From a virus (Duplodnaviria > Heunggongvirae > Uroviricota > Caudoviricetes), in IMG/VR virus record IMGVR_UViG_3300037852_000238: a DNA stretch of 39,831 bases. One strand, given 5' to 3'. This document shows positions 23,000-32,765 of this stretch, piece by piece; position 1 is the first letter of the stretch, and each line of letters begins with the position of its first letter. The notes beneath the pieces were generated by a model, which saw nothing but the letters and a program-made list of their open reading frames with translations, made no database searches and was not told the origin of the DNA. The translations under genes and the position numbers were made by a program.

Positions 23000-25102
23000 G
23001 TGCCGACGGAGATCCTTGCCAGCGTCGTCAGTCACCGCAAACCGTATCGCGGCGACGGGGGCCTGACTTTCGTGCCCAAGCTTGCCACCGATCCTCCCGT
23101 GAGCGAAGCCCAGAGACGCCTGATGTGGGCGGTCGCCTCGGGCCATTCACATAGCAATATACCGCAGTCCGTCGGCAAAGAGTTCGCCGAGGCCGACCCC
23201 GGCGGCCACCTCCCCGCCCGCGCTAAGGACCTCGCCCCAGAGGAGTTCGGCCTGATCAAGCGCGCGCTGGTCGCGATGGGCCGGTTCTTCTCGGAGGAGG
23301 CCGAGGAGCCGGAGCACCAGGGGGAAGACGCCGACCCGCCGAAGGGCCGCGCTGCCAGCGTAGCCTTCGTCGCTAAGGACGGCCGCACTCTTTTCATCCG
23401 CCGCGCTGACGACGCCGCGGACCCTCACGGGGGCAAGTGGTGCTGGCCCGGCGGTCAGGCCGAGGAGGGCGAGGCGTTCGACGCCGCGGCGCGCCGCGAG
23501 GCGTTGGAGGAGGCCGGCCCGGATTGCTCCTTCGACGGGATGCGCGAGCTGCACCGAGCGCGCACCGAGCGCGGGTGGGACCATGTTACCTACACCGTCC
23601 CGGTAGACGAGCCCTTCGAGCCGACGCTGAGCGACGAGTGCGCGGACCACCGCTGGGCCTACCCCGACGAGGCCCCCGAGCCTCTGCACCCTGGCTGCCG
23701 GGCGACGATCGATGCGGTGATGGTGAAGGGTGCAGAGGACGCGTGGAGCCCGGAAGCGCGAGCGGCAGCTGTTGAGGCTAGAAAGCATCATTCTCGTATG
23801 GCTAAGCTCCATAGAGAGCGTTCTGAATCCAAAGAACTTGGGGGTCAAGCACAGGGTTGGCATAGACGTGCTGCGTTGCTTCATGAAGAAGCTGGTCAAG
23901 CTCATGAAAAGGGTTCTTCTCTTCGGGAAAAACTCAGTAAGAACGCTAATAGCGCTAGTCAGGGGTTGAAGATTGGTGGTAAAGACGCCGCCGCTCCCCC
24001 CGGCAAGCTTTCTACTACCACCGAGAAGGAGATCGGCTCCGAGACCTACCGCGAGGACATGCCGGAGTCCGCATTTCTCCAGCCGAGCCAGCGCAAGTAC
24101 CCTGTGAAGGAGGAGCGCGATGGCGAGTATAAGTACACGCGCAATTTGCTCCTGGCCGCCGCGCGCCGCGCCCGGCTCCAGGGCCGTGAGGACCTCGCCC
24201 GCCGCGCCGACGCCATCCGCGTGCGGGAGTTTCCCGGCACCGAGGACGCCGACCCCGTAAGGATCAACCTCGGCGGCGGCAGGACCGGCCGGATCAACGG
24301 GGACACGCCGCTAGAGCCCGCGCCCGGCGGCTGGCTGCGCCAGGTGATCAACGCCGGCTCCGAGATGCCGGCCAACATGAAGAGCCAGAACGTCAAGCCG
24401 GAGCAGCTGCGCCGGAGCCCGATCGCGAACGTGGTTCACGACGCCGCGGTCGACTGGTCCCGCTTCCGCCCGCGCTCGCGCCGCGAGCGGCTGCAGCTGG
24501 CGATGGATCGGGCGTTGCCGGCCCTGCGCTTAGAGCAGGGCGCCGGCTACGCGTTCGATCGCGCCAGCGACCGCCGGTATGATGACGACGGGCGCCTCCA
24601 CGTCCGCGACAGCAACCTGACGAAAGCCAACATCTGCCCGTACATGGGCGCGGAGATCCCGAATTACGAGAAGTTGGGTCTCGACCCCAACAGGAAGTAC
24701 ATGCTTCTGCGCGACCCCGCAGAGCTTGAGAAGGCGGTCAAGACCGCGAACGGGCTGCCGTTGCTCGACCAGCACCGGCCCGCGACTGCGGAGGATCATC
24801 CCCAGGAGCTGACGGTTGGTGCGACCGGAACCAACGCCCGCTGGGAGCCGCCGTACATCAAGAACGATCTGGCGATTTGGCCCGAATATGCGAGCCGCGC
24901 GGTCGAAGATGGTTCGCAGCGCGAGTTGAGCGCGGGCTACGCGTACACCGCCGACATGACGCCGGGCACCTACCAGGGCATTCGTTACGACGGTGTGATG
25001 CGCAATATCAAGTTCAATCATGTGGCCCTCGTAAACGAGGGGAGGGCCGGCAAAGATGTTTCTGTTGCCGACGCGATGCCGTCGGTTTGGTCGAGGTTTT
25101 AG
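23000..25102 (+). CDS. Multi-module prohead protease fusion (Cys-rich module, NUDIX hydrolase, small modules, C-terminal DUF2213-type protease); true start probably upstream of 23000
   Basis: NUDIX box [22 protein letters not shown] (GX5EX7REXXEEXG). C-terminal AFDR..R..D.DGRLHV...KAN.CPY.G.EIP...ELS.GY...NHVALV.EGRAG is typical of DUF2213. The frame stays open back to 22880 with a CTLC...CDAYP motif. Confidence 0.85.
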   Translation: MPTEILASVVSHRKPYRGDGGLTFVPKLATDPPVSEAQRRLMWAVASGHSHSNIPQSVGKEFAEADPGGHLPARAKDLAPEEFGLIKRALVAMGRFFSEEAEEPEHQGEDADPPKGRAASVAFVAKDGRTLFIRRADDAADPHGGKWCWPGGQAEEGEAFDAAARREALEEAGPDCSFDGMRELHRARTERGWDHVTYTVPVDEPFEPTLSDECADHRWAYPDEAPEPLHPGCRATIDAVMVKGAEDAWSPEARAAAVEARKHHSRMAKLHRERSESKELGGQAQGWHRRAALLHEEAGQAHEKGSSLREKLSKNANSASQGLKIGGKDAAAPPGKLSTTTEKEIGSETYREDMPESAFLQPSQRKYPVKEERDGEYKYTRNLLLAAARRARLQGREDLARRADAIRVREFPGTEDADPVRINLGGGRTGRINGDTPLEPAPGGWLRQVINAGSEMPANMKSQNVKPEQLRRSPIANVVHDAAVDWSRFRPRSRRERLQLAMDRALPALRLEQGAGYAFDRASDRRYDDDGRLHVRDSNLTKANICPYMGAEIPNYEKLGLDPNRKYMLLRDPAELEKAVKTANGLPLLDQHRPATAEDHPQELTVGATGTNARWEPPYIKNDLAIWPEYASRAVEDGSQRELSAGYAYTADMTPGTYQGIRYDGVMRNIKFNHVALVNEGRAGKDVSVADAMPSVWSRF

Positions 25103-25109
25103 ATGAGAT

Positions 25110-25334
25110 TCATGACAGCTTGTCCTTTGGAACTGCCCGAACACGTATCATTTGAGCCATCGGATAGTCTGCTGTCTGTCCGCACAGTCGACAGGTCACT
25201 CTATGAGTGGCCCGATGGGACTGAATTTCTACTCCGCCCCGCGGATCGAGATCCTCCGGGAGTATCTTGCCCAGAAGGATCGGCATCCCGCAGGCCGGAT
25301 TGACGCAGAGGAAGCCGAAGTATTCTTTCGACAT
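25110..25334 (-). CDS. Antisense moron: small Zn-ribbon protein (74 aa)
   Basis: CVNPACG...CRLCG; low GC; the only credible minus-strand gene in the late arm; own promoter upstream. Confidence 0.7.
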   Translation of the reverse strand: MSKEYFGFLCVNPACGMPILLGKILPEDLDPRGGVEIQSHRATHRVTCRLCGQTADYPMAQMIRVRAVPKDKLS

Positions 25335-25425
25335 CTGACCATGTCCTGGACCGAGGAATGACGCAGCGAGATCCTCGGTCAGAAGGAAGGTTTCGGGTCG
25401 GCCGACCCTAGCTGCGCCGGGAAGT

Positions 25426-25458
25426 AGTATAGCGCGTCTTCCCCGGCCGTTAAATAGC
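25426..25458 (-). promoter_or_regulatory. Sigma70-like promoter for the antisense moron
   Basis: GCTATTTAAC (-35 TTTAAC at 25454-25449), 17 nt, TATACT (25431-25426). Shares the GCTATTTA upstream sequence with early promoter copies 2 and 3. Confidence 0.6.
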
Positions 25459-25481
25459 GCTGGGCTTCAGAGGAACTTTCC

Positions 25482-26630
25482 ATGATCAAGCTCACTCCCC
25501 AGGGGCGCGAGATCCGCGGCGCTCTTTTCACGTATCTAGCCCCGAGGATGGCGACGGATCACAAGATGCCGGACCTCGCGGCCATCCTTGCCGGGGCTTC
25601 GACGACGAACCGTATCACGCAGCGCACCGGGATCGTCTCGGCGCTACAGGCCGCGGCGAAGCCTCACCTCGCAAACGACGCCGACATCGAGGATTTGGCG
25701 GAGTTCCTGGAGGCAGCCTCGCGTCTCGCCGACGAAGAAGATGGCGAAGACATGGGAACCGAACCAAATTCGGCCATCCCGATGGTCATGCCCGAGGAAG
25801 AGGCCGACGACGAGCACCCCGCCTCCGCCAAGATCAAGGCCATCTGCGAGAAGCACCATCTTCCACCAGAGGTGTGCGCAGAACTGGCCGAGGCTGTCGG
25901 CGAAGAGGACAGCGAGGGCGGCCTGGACTTCTGGGATAAGCGCGCCCGCGACGGCGAGAGCGAGGAGGAGCGCGAGCGGCGCGAACGCGAGGAGAGCGCC
26001 GCCGACGCGCGCAAGCGGCTCGGCCGCGACGAGAGTGCGGAGGAGCGCGAGGAGCGCGAGGGCGAGGACCGCGCCCGCGACGCGCACCGCCGCGCCCGCG
26101 ACGCCATGCGCCGTATGGGCAAGGACGCCAAGGCCGAGGACCGCAAGCGCGCCGAGGATGCCATGAAGCGCGCCGCCGACGCTCACCGCCGCGCGGCCGA
26201 GGACCGCCGCAAGCGGGCCGAGGACCGCAAGCGCGCGGAGGACGCCCGCCGTGAGGCAGATGACAAACGCAGGGCCGAGGACATGATCAGCAAGACGGAA
26301 GCCGCGGATATGGTCAAGAAGGCGGTGGACGCCCGCCGCGCCGAGGACCACGCCATCGCCGAGGCGCGCGAGTTCGTGCGCCCGTGGGTCGGCACGATCG
26401 TGTTGGCGTGCGACTCGGCCGAGCAGGTGCATCGCGAGGCGCTCAAGATGCTGGGTGATGCGGACGCGGCGAAGATCCACGAGAGCGCGCTGCGCGCCGT
26501 CATCCAGCGCACGCCGAAGCCGGGCGATGTGTCGTCGTCCGGCTACGCGCTCGACGAGCGGCTGCCGACCGGCGTCAAGCCGGCCAGCGAACGCTTTTCA
26601 AATCTCGGCCGCGTCAGCCACATGGGTTAA
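25482..26630 (+). CDS. Capsid scaffolding-like protein (382 aa)
   Basis: Between protease and capsid genes. Highly charged, with AEDRKRAED-type repeats and C-terminal ARE.VRP.VG.....DSAE.V.R.AL motif. Confidence 0.7.
   Translation: MIKLTPQGREIRGALFTYLAPRMATDHKMPDLAAILAGASTTNRITQRTGIVSALQAAAKPHLANDADIEDLAEFLEAASRLADEEDGEDMGTEPNSAIPMVMPEEEADDEHPASAKIKAICEKHHLPPEVCAELAEAVGEEDSEGGLDFWDKRARDGESEEERERREREESAADARKRLGRDESAEEREEREGEDRARDAHRRARDAMRRMGKDAKAEDRKRAEDAMKRAADAHRRAAEDRRKRAEDRKRAEDARREADDKRRAEDMISKTEAADMVKKAVDARRAEDHAIAEAREFVRPWVGTIVLACDSAEQVHREALKMLGDADAAKIHESALRAVIQRTPKPGDVSSSGYALDERLPTGVKPASERFSNLGRVSHMG
25950..26290 (+). repeat. Imperfect coding repeats (RDESAEERE / AEDRKRAED) in the scaffold gene
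   Basis: Repeated GCCGAGGACCGC(AAG)CG units visible in the DNA. Confidence 0.7.
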
Positions 26631-26663
26631 TCCTAGGCGCGTAAAGAACGAGGAGAACATCAG

Positions 26664-27647
26664 ATGGTACAGAGCAGCGCCGGATTTCAGGCGTCGGTGA
26701 ATCAAGTTCCCTCTCCCGGAGTCGAGGGTGACTTCGCGTCGCTGAACCCGTTCTACGAATACCCCGCGGGGCCGGGCGGCCTGGTGGCGGGGGCCAACGG
26801 CGTCACGGTTGGCCGGTTCTGCTGGCTCAACCGGACGTACCTGGACCCGGACAACGAACCCACGCCGGTGGACAACACTGGCTCTGGCCAGCCGATCGGC
26901 ATCCTGGGCCGCCGGCAGCAGGGCGTTATTACGGTGTTCCTGGCGGAGGCGACCCTGGTCGTCCCCGCGGGGCTGCCGATCGGGGTGCTGTCCTCAGCGG
27001 ACCTTTGGCTCAAGAACCGCGGCACCACGCAGGCAGTTCCTGGGCAGAAGGTCTACGCCAACTTGACGGACGGTTCGGCCACTTTCGGCGCGTCCGGCAG
27101 CCCCGCCTCGGCCTCCGTCACCGGTTCGATCGCGGCCGGTACGGCCTCGTTCACCGGCTCCGTCGCTGGCAATGTGTTAACCGTCTCGGCGGTCGCCTCG
27201 GGCACGATCCAGCCCGGCGGCGTGCTCGCTGGCACGGTTGGCGGCAGCGGCGTGCTCGCTGGCACGCAGATCGTCTCGCAGCTGAGCGGCACGGCCGGGG
27301 GCACCGGCACCTACGCCGTCTCGCCTGGTGAGCAGACGGTCCTCGGCGGCGGCGCGATGACCGAGAGCTACGGCACGCTGACCGTCTCGGCCGTCTCGTC
27401 GGGCACGGTCGGGGTTGGCGGCGCCGTCTCGGGTACCGGCGTCGGCACGGCCGGTACGGTGATCACCGCCCTCGGCACGGGCGCCGGGGGCACCGGGACC
27501 TACATCGTCAACAACACCCAGACCGCTGGCAGCGAGGCGCTGACGATCGGGACGACGATCGAGACCAACTGGTACGCCATCAGCGGAGGGCTGCCAAACG
27601 AGCTGGTCAAGGTCACGCGACAGCCCTCGCAAGCGCCGCTGGTTTAA
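26664..27647 (+). CDS. Capsid decoration / cement-like structural protein with Gly/Thr-rich inserted modules
   Basis: [17 protein letters not shown]...GGLVAG..GVTVGRF.W start, directly upstream of the MCP. Confidence 0.75.
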   Translation: MVQSSAGFQASVNQVPSPGVEGDFASLNPFYEYPAGPGGLVAGANGVTVGRFCWLNRTYLDPDNEPTPVDNTGSGQPIGILGRRQQGVITVFLAEATLVVPAGLPIGVLSSADLWLKNRGTTQAVPGQKVYANLTDGSATFGASGSPASASVTGSIAAGTASFTGSVAGNVLTVSAVASGTIQPGGVLAGTVGGSGVLAGTQIVSQLSGTAGGTGTYAVSPGEQTVLGGGAMTESYGTLTVSAVSSGTVGVGGAVSGTGVGTAGTVITALGTGAGGTGTYIVNNTQTAGSEALTIGTTIETNWYAISGGLPNELVKVTRQPSQAPLV

Positions 27648-27659
27648 GGGAGAGCAGAG

Positions 27660-28781
27660 ATGAACATTCAAGAGTCGATCGCCGCGCTCCGCGCGGACCT
27701 GCGCCCCGGCGGCTACCTGTACGATCGCGGCGTGCGCTTCGAGCCCGGCGCGCCGGTGCCGCGGTGCTACGTCTCCGACGACGCGGACCGTGGCGCGCCG
27801 CTCGCGCTGGCCATGGACGCGCTGCCGCCGCTGCAGAGCGATCCGAACTCCGCAGTGCCGATGCAGTTCCTCAACTACGTCGACCCGCAGGTCTACGAGT
27901 TCCTGTTCGCCCCGCTGCTCGTTGCCGAGGCGCTCGGCGGCGAGGTCCAGCGCGGCAGCTGGGAGATGGTTACGGCGATGTTCCCGGTCGTCGAGGCCAC
28001 CGGCGAGGTCTCCTCGTACGAGGACTACTCGAACAGCGGCCTCAGCGGCGTCAACATGAACTGGCCGCAGCGCGAGAACTACATTTTCCAGACCATCGTG
28101 CCCTACGGTGAATTGGAGGTGGCCCGCGCCGGTGCCGCCAAGATCAACATCGTCGCGGAGAAGGAGAAGTCCGCGGCGATGAACCTCAACCGGTTCATGA
28201 ACTTTATGTACGCGTTCGGGGTCAACGGGCTGGACAACTGGGGCTCGCTGAACGACCCGAACCTCTCCGCCAGCCTCACCCCGGCGATCAAGGCTTACGG
28301 CGGGACAGCGTGGATCTCCGGCGGGGTGGTCCGGGCGACGGCGATCGAGATCTTCACCGATTTCCAGTCGGTCATCACGCAGCTGATTTCGCAGGGCGAC
28401 GGCAACATCACGACTGAGACGCCGATGGTCGCCATCCTACCGCCGACGCTCTCGAACGCGCTTACCACGATCAACGCCTTCGGCATCACCGTGCGCGCGA
28501 TGCTCAAGGAGAGCTACCCGGCGCTCAAGCTGGTCACCGGTGTCACGCAGTATGCGGTGCAGTCCGCCCAGAACCCGCAGGGCGTGGCTGGTGGCAACGT
28601 GCTGCAGATCTGGGCGCCCGAGGTCGCGGGCCAGCGCGCCGCGCTGCCGGCCTACTCGGAGCGCGAGCGCTCGCACCCGATCATTCGGGAGATGAGCGCG
28701 TTCCGTCAGAAAAAGACGGCGGGTTCATTCGGAACGGTGATCCGCATGCCGTTCTGCGCCGCCAGCGTGATCGGAGTTTAG
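27660..28781 (+). CDS. Major capsid protein (DUF2184-type, HK97 fold)
   Basis: LAMDA..L...NS.VP..F.NYVDP, RGSW...TAMFPVVE.TGE.SSY.DY, N....FG..GL.N.G.LNDP.L motifs. Confidence 0.9.
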   Translation: MNIQESIAALRADLRPGGYLYDRGVRFEPGAPVPRCYVSDDADRGAPLALAMDALPPLQSDPNSAVPMQFLNYVDPQVYEFLFAPLLVAEALGGEVQRGSWEMVTAMFPVVEATGEVSSYEDYSNSGLSGVNMNWPQRENYIFQTIVPYGELEVARAGAAKINIVAEKEKSAAMNLNRFMNFMYAFGVNGLDNWGSLNDPNLSASLTPAIKAYGGTAWISGGVVRATAIEIFTDFQSVITQLISQGDGNITTETPMVAILPPTLSNALTTINAFGITVRAMLKESYPALKLVTGVTQYAVQSAQNPQGVAGGNVLQIWAPEVAGQRAALPAYSERERSHPIIREMSAFRQKKTAGSFGTVIRMPFCAASVIGV

Positions 28782-28784
28782 CCC

Positions 28785-29339
28785 GTGGCCGACGAACAGA
28801 GACAGGTGACCGCCGGCGCACAGCCCGCGCGCGAGGCTCCGCAGGGCAAGATGCCCGAGCCCGCGAAGCCCGCGACCGGCACCGACACCGTGACGGTGGC
28901 GTGCAAGGTTCCGGGCGGCCTTATCTTCGACCTTTGCGAGATGGTCGACGACTACGAGCCCGTCATGGGCGGTGGCCAGAAGAAGGTCAAGAAGGCCGCA
29001 CCGACCGGCGTGCGCGTCGTTCTCGCGGGCCCGGCGCGCGAGCAACAGGCGATGCGCCGCGGGCTCAACGGCGACGGCAGCACGCTCGCGGGTGGCTATG
29101 CGCTGACTTCCGGTGTGCCACGCGAGCATTGGGAGAAGATCGAGCGGGATTACCGCGACCTCCCGGCCTTCGTCAACGGCCTGGTGTTCGCGCAGAAGAG
29201 CGACGTGGCCGCGATGTCGGAGGCGCGCAACCGGCGCGAATTGACGACTGGCATGGAGGGGATCGACCCCGAGAACCCCGGCAAGCGTACCGGCATCCGT
29301 TCGATCACGCGGGCCGAGAAGCCCGCCGCCGCGGCCTAG
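28785..29339 (+). CDS. Conserved virion protein downstream of the MCP (184 aa)
   Basis: TVTVACK.P.GL...GYALT..V..E.W....G..FA pattern typical of this position. Confidence 0.7.
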   Translation: MADEQRQVTAGAQPAREAPQGKMPEPAKPATGTDTVTVACKVPGGLIFDLCEMVDDYEPVMGGGQKKVKKAAPTGVRVVLAGPAREQQAMRRGLNGDGSTLAGGYALTSGVPREHWEKIERDYRDLPAFVNGLVFAQKSDVAAMSEARNRRELTTGMEGIDPENPGKRTGIRSITRAEKPAAAA

Positions 29340-29352
29340 CGAGGAGGCTCCG

Positions 29353-29556
29353 TTGGTACAAGTCTACGATAAGGATCTGCAGAAGACCTTCAAGGTTGGG
29401 GTGGTGTATTTCAATAACGCCGCCGCACCAGTTGCGGCCAACGACCTGACCCAGGGCTATCACATCGGCGACGTGTGGATCACGACCGCCAACATCATCT
29501 ACATGTGCGCCAACGACGCGACCGGCGCCGCGGTGTGGAAGCAGATCAGCGATTGA
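29353..29556 (+). CDS. Small protein (67 aa), probable beta-rich virion accessory
   Basis: Strong GAGGAGG RBS before TTG; P...ND...GY.IGD.W......Y.C..D..GAAVW motif. Confidence 0.7.
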   Translation: MVQVYDKDLQKTFKVGVVYFNNAAAPVAANDLTQGYHIGDVWITTANIIYMCANDATGAAVWKQISD

Positions 29557-30041
29557 CTACCCCGGCCGTTACGTTCAGTTACCCCGCTTGGGTGGCGCGC
29601 TATCCGGAGTTGGCGAACGTCTCCGAGCCCTACGCGCAGCTGTGCTTCAACGAGGCGACGCTGTACTGCGCCAACGTACTCGGGATCGTTTGCAATCCGG
29701 ACACGCTCTCGGCGTTGTTGAACATGTTGACGGCGCACATCGTCAAGCTATACTCCGCGCAGACCAACGGACAGCCCGACTCCGCGGGCTCGTCGGCCAA
29801 CCCCGGCGTTGTCGGCCGGGTTTCCGCGGCCACCGAGGGCTCGGTCAACGTGACGCTGGAGATGCCGAACCAGCCGGCCGCCGCGGCGTGGTACTTGCAA
29901 ACGTCCTACGGCGCGAGTTTCTGGGCAGCAACCGCCGTCTACCGCACCGCACGTTACGTTCCTGGTGACCCGATGCGTCCGGCGTTCCCGGCCGGCGGTC
30001 CTTACGCCAGCCCGTATTTCCCTTGGGGCGGCCGGTGGTAG
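29553..30041 (+). CDS. Head-tail adaptor (DUF4054-type)
   Basis: Start trimmed from 29475 to TTG 29553. F.Y..W.ARYPE...A..Y..N...LLNMLTAHI..L...VGR.S.ATEGSV.V...WY.QT.YG..FW. Confidence 0.85.
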   Translation: MTTPAVTFSYPAWVARYPELANVSEPYAQLCFNEATLYCANVLGIVCNPDTLSALLNMLTAHIVKLYSAQTNGQPDSAGSSANPGVVGRVSAATEGSVNVTLEMPNQPAAAAWYLQTSYGASFWAATAVYRTARYVPGDPMRPAFPAGGPYASPYFPWGGRW

Positions 30042-31144
30042 CGTCACCGCGCGACGACGCCTACGTCGGCTTCTACCGCCAGCACGGCATTTCGCCCGTA
30101 GCCCAGGACATCTCCGACCGCGCCCGCCACTTCTCGCGCCGCGCCCACCTCTACCGCTCCCTGGGCATCTCTCCGCTCGCTGTCCGCGGCATCCGCGTGC
30201 TGGAGGTCGGTCCCGGCTCCGGCCACAACGCGCTCTACACTGCGTCGCTGAACCCAGCGCGTTACGTGCTGTTCGACGCTAATCCGCGAGCGCTTAACGA
30301 GGCAAAACAACTGCTTGGCGGATCATGCGAATACGTCCTCGGGTATATTCAGGATGATACCGTAACCAAGAGGCAATTCAATCTAGTGCTGTGCGAGGGT
30401 CTGCTACCCCACCGCCGCGACCCCACGAAATTAGCCCGCTACGTCGGCCAATTCGTCGCTCCTGGCGGCATTCTTGTAGTCACGACCGCCGACCACGTCT
30501 CGGTACTCTCCGAGGTCTTGCGCCGTCTGATTAAGTGCGTGCTGGTGAGCCCGGCCGCCGCTTTGCTAGAGGAGCAACTCGCCGTGATGCGGCCGGTGTT
30601 CGGCCCGCACTTCGCGACGCTCCCCGGTGCCAGCCGCTCGCTCGACGACTGGATGATCGATACGCTGGTAAACCCGTGGGACGGCGAGCTTTTCTCGATC
30701 GAGGACGCGATTTGCGCGCTCGAAGGTTTCGAGGTCTACGGCTCGTCCCCCCGCTTCTTGACCGACTGGCGTTGGTACAAGGACATCCACGGCGACACCG
30801 CGCTGGTGAACGAGCGCGCGATTGAGCAGTATCGCGAGACCCGCGCCGCGTTCCTGGATTGCCGCGCGTTTCCACCGTTCGATTTGCGGGTGGATGCTGA
30901 CCTGATCGCCGACTTGTGCCGCCGGATCTTCGCCGAGATGCAGTCAGCCGAGGCTGGTGACCCGCATTTCGACCGCGTTGCCGACGTTTGTTGGGCATTA
31001 GCGGCAGGGATCGGTCCCCCGACTTCAGCGTCGCTCCGCGAGGTCGCTAAGTTTTTCGCCGCGCCGACGCATCATCCTGACTTCGACAGCTTCGCGTCCT
31101 TCTTCGGTCGCGGTCAGCAGTACCTCAGCTTCGTTAAGACGTGA
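30035..31144 (+). CDS. Class I SAM-dependent methyltransferase
   Basis: VLEVGPGSGHNAL motif I; F..VLCEG..P...PGG.LV.T. ORF track start 30023; GTG 30035 is also plausible. Confidence 0.85.
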   Translation: MVASPRDDAYVGFYRQHGISPVAQDISDRARHFSRRAHLYRSLGISPLAVRGIRVLEVGPGSGHNALYTASLNPARYVLFDANPRALNEAKQLLGGSCEYVLGYIQDDTVTKRQFNLVLCEGLLPHRRDPTKLARYVGQFVAPGGILVVTTADHVSVLSEVLRRLIKCVLVSPAAALLEEQLAVMRPVFGPHFATLPGASRSLDDWMIDTLVNPWDGELFSIEDAICALEGFEVYGSSPRFLTDWRWYKDIHGDTALVNERAIEQYRETRAAFLDCRAFPPFDLRVDADLIADLCRRIFAEMQSAEAGDPHFDRVADVCWALAAGIGPPTSASLREVAKFFAAPTHHPDFDSFASFFGRGQQYLSFVKT

Positions 31145-32394
31145 TCCCAGACCCGGAGAAGCCGCTCCATCTGCTGCTGCCCGTCTGGGGCACCCCTTAC
31201 ATCCAAACCGCCCTAGACGTCTGCGTCGCCACGCTGATGGCGCCGGAGAACCTGCCGGCGCTGCCTAATTCAGTCGTCGTTTCCGTCTACACGACGCCGG
31301 CCGGCCGCGCGCAGCTAGAGGCGTCGCCGCTGTTCGCGCTTCTCGCGGCCCGCGCCGAGGTCCGATTCCTCGCGATCGACGACCGCGACCGTGACCTGGC
31401 CAAGATGGCGCTGATGAGCCGCGGCCATTTGGCCGGCGCCCGGCAAGCCTACGATGCCAGCGCATTGACGATGTTCCTCGTGGCGGACACGTTTCACGTC
31501 GCGGGTAGCTTGCCGCGGCTCGTCGAGTGGGCGCAGCGGCCGAACGTCCGGGTCGTCACCTCCGTCGCTTGGGGCGCCTCGGCCGAGCGTTTCACGGAGC
31601 TTGCCGCACCGTTACCCGGTCAGCCTTGGTCAATGTCACCGCGCCGCGCCGCCGGGCTCGCCGTCGAGCACATGCACTCCGGCTACCGTTGCTGGGATTA
31701 CGAGGGACCGTGCTTCGGCGACCCGCGCTTCCCGGTGAGCCCGTGGTGGCGGGTGGCGCCGGACGCCGTGCTGACGCACTCCCTCGCCTGGGCTACGGCG
31801 ATGATCAACTACGCCCGCGTGCCCGAGCACAACATGCACTGCCTGGAAAAGTGGACGGTCGACGGAGACTACGCGTACCGGAACGCGCCGGAGCCCTACC
31901 AGTGGCACGTCGTGACGGATAGCGACGATCACATCATGCTTGGTCTGTCACCGGAGGCCAATAACAGCTACGACGCGCTGCCCGGGCCGCGCATCGCCCG
32001 CGCTGACGACCCCGAGGCGTTCAAGGTCATGGCGCTGCGCGCTGCGCGTCACAATGTGATCATGGATCCACTGAAGAGGACGTTGTTCATGAAGCCCGTG
32101 TTGTTGCACGGTTCCGAAGTGGACGAACGGAAAGTTAAATCAGTGAGGACCAGGGCGCGCCGTGCGGTGGTGAGGACCAGCGAGCCACCGTCACCCGAGA
32201 CCAATCGCTATCAGTACCCGCCGCAGCTGCTGCGCTCGCGCGACGGTATCAACCTCGTGGCGTACCAGGATAAGATCCTCGCGGTTCCGCAAGCGCTCGG
32301 CCCGCTCGACCTGGATCAGCCGGAGGCTCGCGCATTGCCGGGCGTACAGACTTTCTCTACCGAGCAGGAGGCCGAGGCCGCGCTTTGGCCCTAG
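31141..32394 (+). CDS. Putative GT-A-like glycan-modifying protein (417 aa)
   Basis: LLLPVWG..YI...D.....LMAP.NLPAL...YTT...FL.AD pattern resembles proteins of bacterial glycan loci; no clean DxD. Confidence 0.5.
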   Translation: MIPDPEKPLHLLLPVWGTPYIQTALDVCVATLMAPENLPALPNSVVVSVYTTPAGRAQLEASPLFALLAARAEVRFLAIDDRDRDLAKMALMSRGHLAGARQAYDASALTMFLVADTFHVAGSLPRLVEWAQRPNVRVVTSVAWGASAERFTELAAPLPGQPWSMSPRRAAGLAVEHMHSGYRCWDYEGPCFGDPRFPVSPWWRVAPDAVLTHSLAWATAMINYARVPEHNMHCLEKWTVDGDYAYRNAPEPYQWHVVTDSDDHIMLGLSPEANNSYDALPGPRIARADDPEAFKVMALRAARHNVIMDPLKRTLFMKPVLLHGSEVDERKVKSVRTRARRAVVRTSEPPSPETNRYQYPPQLLRSRDGINLVAYQDKILAVPQALGPLDLDQPEARALPGVQTFSTEQEAEAALWP

Positions 32395-32432
32395 TCGCCC
32401 CACGCCGCGCACCCCGCTCCGAAAGGCCAAGA

Positions 32433-32765
32433 ATGCCCAACCCCATGCGCGCGCTGATGCCGCGCCGCCGTCTGGCACCCGCGCCGGGGCAGCCCGACCC
32501 TAACCCGAGCCCAACCACTGGTACGGCGCTCTCGGCTGCACTTGCTGGCCTAATCGTCGCGTTCGCGTGGACGACGCTCCACCGCTTCGCGATCACGGAT
32601 TACGACATGGTCCTGATGATGGCGTTCCCGGTGCTAAGCGCGTTCTTCGGGATGTACGTCCACGGCACCGTGCCGAGCGACGCGCCGCCCGCGTTCCCGC
32701 CATCGGAGCCAGGCCCGCGCCCTACGCCGCACGGACCGGTCCCGGCCCCCGGCACCCAGCGGTGA
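32433..32765 (+). CDS. Two-TM membrane protein, possible holin (about 110 aa)
   Basis: Start trimmed from 32385 to ATG 32433; two hydrophobic helices flanked by Pro-rich ends. Confidence 0.6.
   Translation: MPNPMRALMPRRRLAPAPGQPDPNPSPTTGTALSAALAGLIVAFAWTTLHRFAITDYDMVLMMAFPVLSAFFGMYVHGTVPSDAPPAFPPSEPGPRPTPHGPVPAPGTQR

Noticed and set aside
27217-27266. 20-nt direct repeat GCGGCGTGCTCGCTGGCACG with 30-nt period in the decoration gene
   Set aside because: Small in-frame duplication (GVLAGT twice) within the Gly/Thr module; no evidence of a diversity-generating or phase-variation mechanism.
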